Shown here piece by piece: positions 52,241 to 64,000 of a stretch of 64,000 nt of DNA; position 1 is the first letter of the stretch, and each line of letters opens with the position of its first letter. The stretch is from assembly GCA_951406725.2 (NCBI GenBank), contig OX597821.1:45260001-45324000 (forward strand), read 5' to 3'. Source of the DNA: Octopus vulgaris (taxonomy: Eukaryota). The translations under genes were made by a program, and so were the position numbers. The notes under the pieces were generated by a model that was given only the letters and a program-made list of their open reading frames with translations, did no database searches and was not told the DNA's origin.

Positions 52241-52308
52241 GGGTTCTAAAATCAAAATCAGTGCGCTGTTGAAACGAGTGGTGTAGATAGGTTAGGTTAG
52301 GTTATTAT

Positions 52309-53318
52309 TACGAAGGTTTGCTGAAACGGTCAGAGGCTAACCAAGATACTCTCATGGAAGATGACCAAATGATGTTTTAATTTCAAAATAGTCCCTCTTG
52401 CGGTCCACACACTCCTTCCATCGGAGTTGCAGCGTTTGGGTCCCATTGGTAAAGAAGCTTTATAGCCAATCACCTGTCATCCGTCACTATGTGGTGAATA
52501 CGATCAATGTTTTCCTCAGTGGTATCAGTTGCAGGGCGTCCAGACCATGGGTCATCTTGAAGACCATTCCTTCCACTCCTAAATTCAGCTACCAAATTTT
52601 TGCAGTGCTGATAAAGCTAGAACGTCATCCCCTAATGTAGCTACCACGTCAGCATGAACGTCATTGGGGGCTAAACTCTTTTACTGCAGATACTTGATAA
52701 CACGACGATGCCTAATTTTGTCCATTTTCAAGAGAAGTCGCGACTAGTTACATTTGAAGTTTTCTTAGAACAGTCAATTTAACTGGACAGAAAGGCGGCG
52801 AGCTGGCAGAATCGTTAGCACGCTGGGCCAAATGCTTAGCGGTATTTTGTCTGCCGCTACGTTCTGAGTTCAAATTCCGCCGAGGTCGACTTTGCCTTTC
52901 ATCTTTTCGGGGTCAATTAAATAAGTGCCAGTTACGCACTGGGGTCGATATAATCGACTTAATCCGTTTGTCTGTCCTTGTTTGTCCTGTCTGTGTTTAT
53001 CCCCTTGTGGGTAGTAAAGAAATAGAAATAGGTATTTCATCTGTCTTTACGTTCTGAGTTCAAATACCGCCGAGATCGACTTTGCCTTTCATCCTTTCGG
53101 GATCGATAAATTAAGTACCAGTAGCGTACTGGGGTCGACCTAATCGAATGGCCCCCTCCCCTAAAATTTCGGGCCTTGTGCCGAGTGTAGAAAAAGTTTA
53201 CCTGCACAGAAACAATGCAGTTATTAATAAGAGGAACTGAAATTAAAGCCTGCAAGATTTAACAGCGCTGGCATGAACCCTTCATAGTCAGCTTGTGAAC
53301 TTTTGACCCCACCCTCGT
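52309..53318 (-). mobile_element. Internally deleted mariner element
   Basis: Minus strand MDKIRHRRVIKYL...DVHADVVATLGDD (N-terminus) and LQLRWKECVDRKRDYFE (C-terminus); TIR-like ends TACGAAGGTTTGCTGAAA / rc ACGAGGGTGGGGTCAAAAGTTC. Confidence 0.8.
52794..53195 (+). mobile_element. Tandem SINE B pair (full copy with tail type 2 plus 5'-truncated copy with tail type 1) inside the mariner
   Basis: Flanked by degenerate TSD tttaactggacagaaa / tttacctgcacagaaa. Confidence 0.88.
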
Positions 53319-55499
53319 TGTATGTTGAACAGTTCTGGTAATCATACTCTTCCACATTATTTACACGCCACACACATCCAACACTCCCACCATTAAACAC
53401 TACACTCCACATACTCTTTATATCTGTACTGTCCCCACATTTGCCACTCTGTATACTCCCACAGTTTCCACAGTTCCTACAAGCCCACATTCCTCACCTC
53501 ACCATACTCCTCACATCCCACAGTCAGCACATTGCCCCACTCTTTGCCCTACCCCCACCCTCTCATTCCACCAAAACTCCACTCTCTCACTCCATCAAGA
53601 CCCCAAAACTCTCACTCTATCAAGACACAAAACATTTAAAATTCTGTCGCTTTAACTCGAGTTATAGCATTGAGCTTCCATTGGGGAAACCACCATAACT
53701 CACTACAATTTTAACGTTTTTAAAAGTAATCACAACTTCTATGAGAATAACCTCCTCCTCCTCCTCGTCCCCCCACACAAATTTAAAGAGACACTGAAAG
53801 TGGTCCAAATGAAACAAAGGCACTCTGACACTTTATTCGTTAAACAAGTCTTCAGAGTAACAGTGCATCTTTAACTATAGTATAGGTGCATAAACTTGTA
53901 GGTGCTCTAGTTTCGTGATGTTTAATGGCTTAAACAGTGAAGGAAGGGCAGCACGAATTTTTTTAATGATTTTCTAAGGCACAGTTGACTCGTCTAAAGG
54001 CAGATAAGGTGTAGGTGGCGAATTGACACGACTCCAGGACCTGACTAGTACTTATTTTCTGGAAACCCAGATGACTGACAAGTATAATGATTTTTTGATT
54101 TAGGTACAGCACAGACAATGTTGATGGAAGTGAGTGGTAATCGATACCATCACTTGCCTGACAATTTTCTGATCATTTTATCGACCCCGAAAGGACGAGA
54201 GGATAAGTTGATCTCAAGTGTGAGAACAAATAACACCAAACATTTTTCTGACGCTCTGCCGATTCTGCATGATCAACGCTTAGAAATAACAACAACATTA
54301 AATTAGCAAGTCTAGCAGCCTGCTGAAATAGTATCGAATTGGTAGAGCATCGGATAGAGTGCCTTGCGATACTTTTTCCGACTTTCAGTACCTAGAGTTT
54401 AAACTTGGCTTTTCAAACTTCCAGGGTCGTTAAAAAGAATCCAAATCCAAATCAATGAATCGGTAGAATTCTTAGAGGGTCGGGCAACATCTTGTTCCGA
54501 TATTCTTTGTTCTGACAGCGCTGCTTGCCACACCACTGGTAGAAAGCTGCATCGGCCCAGTGGCAAAAGCCTCACCATTGGATAAACACCAGTGACGTGG
54601 AGAGAGGCAGACTTGCATGCATGGGCATCGTCCAGACTTCCCCAAAGGATCTTGTCAGGCTTGGACATATATGTGAAGATGTATGGTTAGTTTTGACCGA
54701 CGGAAGCGCGTTTGAGCAGTGTATTTGATCGACGTTCTAGAAATAGTAACTGAATTTCCCTTAAACTAAATCCAAACAATAGGACACATAGGATGTGGTT
54801 GTCATCTTCGTTGTCATCGTCATCGTCGTCGTCGTCGTTGTCGTCGCCGTCATCATCATCGTCATCAACACCATCACCAACATCGGGTTGTGGGTGTGTA
54901 GAGTATGCATTGTGTAGTTGATGTCATTCATTAAAAGAGTCGAGTAGTAACTATGTAGAGTGTATGTGTAGCTGGCCTTATAGAACCGGACACTGGCTGT
55001 TTAGTGTATGTATTGCTTGGTCAGTGTTTGTGTAGAGTACGCATTGTATGACTGGCGCTGTGTGTTATAGAGTCAGGTAGTAATTGTCTATAGTACATGC
55101 AGTGTGGTTATGCTATTTGGGGAATATTTGTGTAAAATATCGCGTGAATTGGAGTTACTGTGTGGAATATGTTAGCGTATAAGGTGTTGAGTTGTTTGGT
55201 GACTGCGTAAGCGTGTGTTATGTGAGGTGTCTTATAGTATTGTAGTTGCAAGTGGTGGGTGTGTAGAGTGTGTACTATGCCAAGTATGTTACATGCTGTA
55301 GAGATTGGTAGGATTTATGCTTTGTATTAGTAGGCTCAATCGCCTAAGAATGTGTTGTGCGGGTTGTGGAGCGATTAGGAATTGGTGTTTCGGTACAATG
55401 TAAGTTGTTGGTGGCACGTGAGGTTTTTTTTTATAGTATCGATTGTCAATAATAATAATAATAATAATAATAATGATAATAATAATAATAATAATAATG

Positions 55500-55550
<51 letters not shown>

Positions 55551-55554
<4 letters not shown>

Positions 55555-55979
55555 CACAGATTTGCTTGTCAGTTGTTTGACCTTAACCAGTTGAGCATGT
55601 CCCTTAGTGGCTGACAATATGTGCATCTCTGATCATGAGCAGAAGTAGTGGGGGAGCATCATAGTCATGTGTTGAGAGGGATAATTTAGGGTTTGAATAA
55701 TTCACTTCTGGAAACATGGGTGTTTTGTTCAACATCCTTAAACAGCCCTTATTCAGGGACCTTTTGAGTGCGATGGGCTACTCGACCAGAAGAAAATTCT
55801 AACTGGGCCCCACCTGCAAGGTCATGTGCTGTTTATCTTGATATGAGATCACCATGTCGCACACATATGGCTGTGATGCATGTGCCTAGTGTACCCTTAT
55901 CAGACGGGTAGTCATGATGGGTATACTGGGCTTCGTATATTTTACCCCAGTATCACTTTGATGGCATGCACTGCTCTCT
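55551..55979 (+). mobile_element. Element C, copy 3 (5'-truncated) between (TAA)n tracts
   Basis: Matches the 3' ~430 bp of copies 1 and 2; (TAA)n at 55448-55552 and 55981-56130. Confidence 0.85.
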
Positions 55980-56006
55980 TATAATAATAATAATAATAAT
56001 AATAAT

Positions 56007-56111
<105 letters not shown>

Positions 56112-56129
56112 TGATGATGATGATGATAA

Positions 56130-56420
56130 TGATTTCATTTATTTGCCACAAGGGCGAAGGATGAGGGGATAATATAGAGTTAGACATAAAGTGTTGGGGT
56201 TCACATATAATAATGAAATGATAATAAAAACAGTAAGTATACACGGTATACATTGAAAAAGAAAGGGACATATGCATAGTATACAAAGTTTTTTAAAAAA
56301 TGGCGAGAAGGATGATAGAGACGTGGCCCTCCAAATACAGGAAGGTCTGTAGGGATAATCGAGGAACCCACTGTCCGAGATTTTCCTGAAACCCCAGGAG
56401 TAAGTGTCCTCTCCAATCCC
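56130..56420 (-). mobile_element. Probable 3'UTR of a Tx1-like LINE
   Basis: rc CGCCCTTGTGGCAAATAAATGAAAT then (ATC/ATT)n, like the ends at 9133 and 10590. Confidence 0.5.
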
Positions 56421-56551
56421 TTCTCTCTAACTCACAGGTCTACACTTAGAGAGGTAAATAATGTTAGTGAAAATTATAACATTGGATTCCCATTACTGTC
56501 AATGATCAGTAACTAATTTCCTTCAGCCTGTCCTTTGTTATCAGACCACGA

Positions 56552-56597
<46 letters not shown>

Positions 56598-57249
56598 GTG
56601 TGAGTGTGTGTGAGTGTGTGTGTGTATGATTTTGTTTCGTTTTACTTTGGAAATATAAATCAAGACATTGTAATTGGGAGGTGTTAACCAGATTATATAG
56701 GTAGGGTAACGTGAATAATTAAACCTGAAAGTTAAATCGTCATAATTGCTATAGACTGAAACATTATCGATGTCCTGTTTATTCCTATTTTTTTTTTTAA
56801 TATGGCGATAATTAAGAAGTGGTTTCTGACATGGTCAATAGCACGAAAACCCCATTCTTCATTGTTTCTTAGAGCGGTTGTAGTGTAACGGGGACAATTG
56901 AAATATTAAATTCTGTAAAATCTAGACGAGCGTCTTTTACCCGGAAAAATAGCAGCATATGTATATGTATATACATACAAACACAGATTGATAGATACAC
57001 ACGCATGCATAGATACACACAAATACACTCTCATTACAATCACAAACACACACACATACACACACAAACTTACACACAATACACATAATGATATAAATGG
57101 GGTCGAATATTGGCCAGAGTAGTTAAAGTGTCTGCTAGAATGCATTGCGATGTTTGTTTTGGCTATCTGCCTTGTGAGTCCAAAGAATGTCTGCCACTGC
57201 AAAAATGGTGAAGTTGGGAAGATATTGAGCAACTGATTTGGCATGTTAG

Positions 57250-57720
57250 CTGTTCACTCTCAAGAAAATGCAAGAGGACATCCATGTCTTGTGCACTATT
57301 CACCTATACATGCATACGTATGTAATGTCATGGAGGTCAGTTGTCTTGCTGATGTATCTCATTAAAAATCAAAGAGAAAGAGGATATCTATGAACAACTG
57401 CTTAGGAACCTCCAGTTTCTATATCTAGATTACAAATCCATATTTATACCAACGATAACTGGTGCATTAGTTTCAGAGTAAATGCCTAAGTGACAATTTG
57501 GATAAGCTGGGGTTTTTCAGAAAACGAACTTGACCAACTAATTCAAACATTACAAATAAGTTCTGTTAGTGGAACAGTAAAAATTTGTAAGACTTTTCTC
57601 CAGTTTAAAAAGTGACATTATTTTTATTATCTACATTTCAACAATCAGGCTTTGTATCTTTATTAGAAAACATCTCTTTCCACAGAGGAAGAATTTAGAT
57701 AATTAAAAATAGAAGAGAAC
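57250..57720 (+). mobile_element. Degenerate 3' fragment of the (CATA)n-associated RLE family
   Basis: EVSCLADV...EKEDIYEQLLRNLQFLY.DYK..FIPTITGAL is homologous to 29227-29460; followed by (CATA)n at 57740-57850. Confidence 0.7.
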
Positions 57721-57984
57721 ATACACACACACACATATTCATACATACATACATACATACATACATACATACATACATACATACATACATACATACATAC
57801 ATACATACATACATACATACATACAATACATGGATGCATACATACATACGTAGACTATGCAAGGATAATAAACCTGACAGTTATTTGGGATTGGAAAAAA
57901 TTATGTACAATCATAGAGATTAGATGTCTTGCACATTTGAACGTCTCTCCTAAAATCAGTGAAAAGGAGAATATGTAAGGACAA

Positions 57985-58310
57985 CTACGTCGAAAGTTGC
58001 AGCCTCTCTTCTCTCATTATAAAATCACCTCTATACCAATAATTATGGGTGCAATTTGGTAATTTGGCTACGTCTAAACCACAATATAGAGAAGTTTCCT
58101 AGTTAAGAACAAGGAAGAATTTCCTAGTTAAGAACAAGACCTTACAGATACAGTAAGTTTGTGGAACAGTTAACATACGCAATATTTTCTGAAAGCTTGA
58201 TATGTAAGAATTATCGTTGCTGTTATCGAAATTGTTATTATGGAGATATTGTTTATTTGCTAGAAACCAGGTCCCTTTTTCTAGGAAAAATTACCAAGAA
58301 AAAATACAGG
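57985..58310 (+). mobile_element. Further degenerate fragment of the same RLE family
   Basis: tataccaataattatgggtgca; ctagaaaccaggtcccttttt resembles 3'UTR ttagaaaccagttctttct; followed by (CATA)n at 58318-58420. Confidence 0.5.
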
Positions 58311-58762
58311 CACACAAACATACATTCATACATACATACATACATACATACATACATACATACATACATACATACATACATACATACATTCATACATACA
58401 TACATACATACATACATACACTCACATATATGTATGGTGAATAGGTAGAATCCATTGGGCGCCAGCCTTGCATTATTTGTTTCAGTTCTTTAGGTGCTGA
58501 GATCGAATCCTGTTGGAATTAACTTTGTCTTTTCTCTATCCAGTGCCGGTAAAATAAAGAACTAATCAAGTAATGAAGAGTAATTATCTCTTTCTCTTCC
58601 GGCAGTCATATCTTGGAAGATGCTTCGTTTAGTCAAGGGTGGAAGCGGTTGCAAAAGCGTCTGTCTGTTCGCAGCATGATCACTTACGCACAAATAATAA
58701 GCGAAACTCATGTTGCATGCTGATGACATGACACTCGATTATATCATATGTATGTCGGTGAG

Positions 58763-58892
58763 CATACATACATACATACATACATACATACATACATACA
58801 TACATACATACATACATACATACTTACGTACGTACATACATACATACATACATACATACATACATACATACATACATACATACATACATACA

Positions 58893-58922
<30 letters not shown>
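58763..58922. repeat. (CATA)n microsatellite
   Basis: Direct reading. Confidence 0.95.
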
Positions 58923-58923
<1 letters not shown>

Positions 58924-59841
58924 GTTTACGCCCACGAAACTTTTTCTAACATGAGGAGCTAAATCAATCTGTTACACAATAAATAGGACGTTGCCTGTAC
59001 AGGTGCACAATGGACCACACGTTAGATGTTTAAGTGATGGTGGAGCAATGTGAAATGAAATATTTTGTTGGAGAATACAACACATCGCCGGGTTCAAGAA
59101 TCGAGACCACGATCTCGCGATCGTGAGAGCAACAACTAGATCACGCACCCACCCACCCACACACACACTCTCTCTCTCTCTCTTTCTTTCTCTCTCACAC
59201 ACACGTGTTTACATACGCTGTACATCGTTGTTTAATTGAGGTATCATGACTCAAAAAAAACCCCCAAAAACGTTAACTTTTTCTATTAAAGAATTAGGAA
59301 ACTGCATGGACATCACTATTTCGATAACTTATTGTCTGAAGTAAATATAAATAATTCATTATCTTTCGAAAAATATCTCGTACCTTCGATCATCTGTTGC
59401 TATTTTCACGTATATCAGACCATTAAAGGTCAGTCAATGTTATTTCATAATAGTGGTAGGGACAAATGAATTTTATTCGTTATTTCAATCCGTATATGCT
59501 TGTCTGTATATTAACCTGCACATTCACAACGAACAGGAACATACCAAAGCATACAGACACACGTGCAAAGTCATTATACATTATGATACAGAATGGTTAC
59601 TTAACTTTTGTGTAAATGCCAGCCTATTCTAATCAGAAAGTGTATTATTTTTGTATTTACTGGGTCGATAACTTTTTGATGCAACTAAAAATTGTATTCT
59701 CTCTACGTAGAGCATACTTCTACCCGAAACTTAAATGATTCTTCCGTATCTTGAGTACCATATTAAAACTACACCCCACTCTTCTTTGAATTCAGTTTCT
59801 TTTTTCTTTTCATTTGTTGAAAATTATTCGTGGAGTAACAG

Positions 59842-59947
<106 letters not shown>

Positions 59948-60124
59948 ACATACATATATACATACATAATTCATTCATATAGATATATACAAATATATAT
60001 ATATTATATATGCATATACATATATATATATATATATATAAAGTTATACATACGTATACATATATATTATATATAAACTTATACACACACATTCACACAC
60101 ACACACACACCCGCACACACACGC

Positions 60125-60163
<39 letters not shown>

Positions 60164-60469
60164 CACACTTACTTAAATGGGTATTTGTGGAAACGCCCAC
60201 GCATATAATTGTACATATATTTGCTGTATTCATAAACGCCCACATACTTTGAATGTGTTCTTTTGTCACACGTTCTTTCACTTCTATGAATGTTATACAC
60301 ATCCACACACACACACGCACACACACATACACAGTATATATATGTACATGTATGTATTGTCAGCAACATACGTTATTGTTGTAGTGTAAGCAAATTTTAA
60401 ATACAGATATGTTCAAAAGTCGCATGTATGTGTGTATACATTTGTATATAAATACATACATATATATGT

Positions 60470-60502
<33 letters not shown>

Positions 60503-60633
60503 TATATGTATGTATATATAGGGATTAAATAATCCAAAAGTTCCGCTGGGTGATCACTATCATATAAGGAGAAAGTCTCGATGATATGTTAGCGATTATC
60601 ATAGTAGTACATGTTATTAATATTGAAATAAAT

Positions 60634-61140
60634 AATAATGGATGTATAAATAATTTATTTGCAAGATATAAAGATGTTGAAATTTATTTTGTAAAAGCAA
60701 TACGAATAAATTATAAATTGTAAAGCTCTAAAAGAAATGGCAGATACCAAAAACCTACATATACGTTTCGCTTCATGCCCCGAGATGGAACGCAATTCTA
60801 AGCATTTGCTAAGAATTGGTATCAGTTTCAACTGTATGGGGCAGAATCTGGTCAGGGCTTTAGGAGCTTATATAACAAAGGTTATCATATTTCTTGAAAG
60901 GATGCAGACAAATTGCAAATAAGTTTAAGAAGTTAAGATCCTATATATAATGTTTATGCATTCAGCTAGATGCATAAGCATTACGTACCAATTAGGGGCA
61001 TGATCGAAACATATCTGTAGGTTTTGGCATCTGCCATTTCTTTAAGAGCTTTATAATTTATAATTTATTCGTATTGTTTTTATAAAATAAATTTCAACAT
61101 CTTTATATCATTCAAATAAATTATTTACACATCCATTATT
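60634..61140. repeat. Diverged foldback with ~190-bp arms between TA-rich tracts, probably PLE pseudo-LTR-derived
   Basis: aataatggatgt...gatataaagatgttgaaatttatttt...aagaaatggcagat vs atctgccatttctt...aaaataaatttcaacatctttatatc...acatccattatt. Confidence 0.85.
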
Positions 61141-61159
61141 CTCCATTTTCTTTCTTTCA

Positions 61160-61212
<53 letters not shown>

Positions 61213-61215
<3 letters not shown>

Positions 61216-61573
61216 ATAAATATTAGGGAATAAATCCAAATTTACAAGGAAAAATCAGATTTAAGATTGAATCCAATTTTATAATAAAATATTATATTAT
61301 AATAAATTAGAGACAAAACCACTATTATGCAAATCAAACAAAGAAAGACTTAAGCCAATACATAAAAAATAAAATAATTTATATAAATTAAAATTATAAC
61401 TCGCTAAGAAGGTTTAGAAACCACCTGATGAATGTCTAAGATGTGCTGACACGAAACGATCGTAGTGGTTATTCATTTGTTAAATTTTACTTTATATAAA
61501 TTATTTTATATTTTATGTATTGGCTTAAGTCTTTCTTTGTTTGATTTGCATAATAGTGGTTTTGTCTCTAATT

Positions 61574-61578
<5 letters not shown>
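61213..61578. mobile_element. (TA)n-flanked foldback element (arms ~61298-61395 and 61482-61578) with a hammerhead in the loop
   Basis: aataaattagagacaaaaccactattatgcaaatcaaacaaagaaagacttaagccaataca and its exact rc. Confidence 0.85.
61419..61470 (+). ncRNA. Minimal type I hammerhead ribozyme motif
   Basis: AACCAC CTGATGA A TGTC-11nt-GACA C GAAA CGATCG TA GTGGTT. Confidence 0.8.
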
Positions 61579-61635
<57 letters not shown>

Positions 61636-61928
61636 GTTGTGTTCTGTTTGTGTCATTGGGTAAGAAAGGTACTTGATTTCATGTTCCTTCAGTCAGCCAA
61701 AAGTGAGTACCAGCTGACTGCTGGTGCAGCTGCCTGTCTCTTTCCTCTCTCTGCTTGCTATCCTATCCCCGGTGTTGTCGAGCCGAGAGGGCGTTTGTGG
61801 CTGCTCTCGACTGCATTGGTACCTAAAAGAACTAGTACAAAAGCGTAGTATAAACTTTCAAGTCACACTCACTTGCTAGTTACAGCTGAGTTTTACACAC
61901 ACACACACACACACTTATATGCCATATA

Positions 61929-62156
61929 TATTTCTTTACTGCCCACAAGGAGCTAAACATAGAGGGGACAAACAAGGACAGACGAAGGGATTGAGTCGAT
62001 TATATCGCCCCAAGTGCGAAACTGGTACTTAATTTATCGACCCCGAAAGGATGAAAGGCAAAGTTGACCTCGGCGGAATTTGAACTCAGAACGTAACGAC
62101 AGACGAAATACCGCTAAGCATTTCGCCCGGCGCGCTAACGTGTCTGCCAGCTCGCC
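61929..62156 (-). mobile_element. SINE family B (tail type 2) with 12-bp TSD
   Basis: TSD ATATGCCATATA at 61917-61928 and 62157-62168. Confidence 0.93.
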
Positions 62157-62590
62157 ATATGCCATATACCAAAGGAGGAAACATGTTTAGGAAGAAATGG
62201 GTATTTTCGAAAAACACGCAACCTTTTTCATGCAGAATTTAAGCGAGCTGCTGGAAAACGTGAGGCCAGTGTAGTGAATGGCGTAAGCTTGGCCTGCAAT
62301 ATCTGCAGACGTGTATCATTATGAAGAGCTGGGCTCATTAGTCTCCAGTGGGGCCACAGGCGTCAAGTATAATTTTGCACAATGTTTTTAATGATCAGTG
62401 GTGGTCTTCGTCGGTCACGAATGGATAGCCATCATATAGTACACACAAACACACACCCACACACACATATACACACACTCACACGCATGTGTGTATATAT
62501 ACACACGTATATAATGTATATAAAGTACATATGTGCATACATTTATATATATATTTATACATACATACATATATATATATATATGTATGC

Positions 62591-62714
<124 letters not shown>

Positions 62715-62741
62715 ATATACATATATATACTTATATACGTA

Positions 62742-62910
62742 GGCGTAGGAGTGGCTGTGTGGTAAGTAGCTTACTTACCAACCACATGGTTTCGGGTTCA
62801 GTCCCACTGCGTGGCACCTTGGACAAGTGTCTTCTACTATAGCCTCGGGCCGATCAAAGACTTGTGAGTGGATTTGGTAAACCGAAACTGAAATAAACCC
62901 GTCGTATATA

Positions 62911-62962
<52 letters not shown>

Positions 62963-63168
62963 TATGTTTGTGTTTCTTCCCCCAACATCGCTTGACAACC
63001 GATGCTGGTGTGTTTACATCCCCGAAACTTAGCGGTTTGGCAACAGAGACCGATAGAATAAGTACTAGGCTTACAAAGAATAAATCATGGGGTCGATTTG
63101 CTCGACTAAATGCGGTGCTCCGGCATGGCCACAGTCAGATGACTGAAACAAGTAAAAGAGTAAAAGAA
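62742..63168 (+). mobile_element. SINE family A
   Basis: A-box TGGCTGTGTGG, B-box GGTTCAGTCCC, tail GACTGAAACAAGTAAAAGAGTAAAAGA. Confidence 0.92.
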
Positions 63169-63177
63169 ATATATGTA

Positions 63178-63223
<46 letters not shown>

Positions 63224-63553
63224 ATTTACTCATACATATATACATGTATATATGATGTCTTCAAGTGTGGCCTATGCATACACATGTAAATGGCGCCGCA
63301 ATGTCGTAACTGTGACGTAAGATAGATTTACTCAATAAGGATTGAGTAAAATTGCTCTTGTTTGCACGCAGCTTAAACCAAATTTTATTCTGGTTTCATA
63401 GTTATTCCGTTCTTTCTAATAAAAGCATTTCCTTTGCCAGTTTTCTTTAACATTAAAAAGTGCTGTGTAACTGTGGTTGATTTTGGCAACTTTAAATATA
63501 TGAAGGAAAACACTGGAAAAAAAATAAAAAAGAGAAATTAATCAGAGCGGTAA

Positions 63554-63584
<31 letters not shown>

Positions 63585-64000
63585 AGGAGAGAGAGAGGGG
63601 GAAGGAAGAGGGAGAGAGAGAGAGATAAAGATAAACAAGGTCAAAGTTTCTTGTTTATAATGAGAAGCCAGAACAATATTGTTAGTGTTCAATGTGATTC
63701 TAATCACAAATCATTGACGCGTTGCGCATGTCTTTTCCATTCACATGCGTTCATTGAGGGAACAATTGTAAAAGACTCGGCATCAATATGTTTGGAGAAA
63801 AAAAACTGAGCCGTCAATGATGCTTAAGGTAGCACTGGTGAAGGGAATCGGTAGTGGTGGTGGTGGAGGTGGTGGTGATGATGCCTGGGATGACGGGGAG
63901 GGTCTTAGTGGTGATGGCAGTGTTGAGAGTGGTGGTGGGTTTTGACAATGATGGTGGTGGTGGTAGTGGGGATGTTGCTAGTGGGGATGTTAGTAGAGGG

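Overview
AT-rich, microsatellite-saturated animal genomic DNA, most likely an intronic or intergenic stretch of a coleoid cephalopod (Octopus-like SINE families; taxon inferred, not proven). No host protein-coding gene can be called confidently; there is one candidate 65-nt minus-strand exon at 18460-18524. Nearly all ORF-track entries are microsatellite translations, and the real coding signal is transposon-derived. It comprises: (i) R4/Dong-clade RLE non-LTR retrotransposons in (TAA)n tracts, plus a divergent RLE family in (CATA)n tracts; (ii) Tx1/L1-clade remnants; (iii) Penelope-like (PLE) remnants arranged as foldback palindromes next to microsatellites; (iv) Tc1/mariner relics and MITEs, a non-autonomous Helitron, two tRNA-derived SINE families and a ~555-bp (TAA)n-embedded non-coding element. 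Most notable: several foldbacks carry minimal hammerhead ribozyme motifs, one with a compensatory U3-A8 core. A SINE subfamily also shares its 3' tail with the local Tx1-like LINE, and an ~830-bp-arm inverted duplication lies at 30.5-33.4 kb. All coordinates and motif matches were read by eye.
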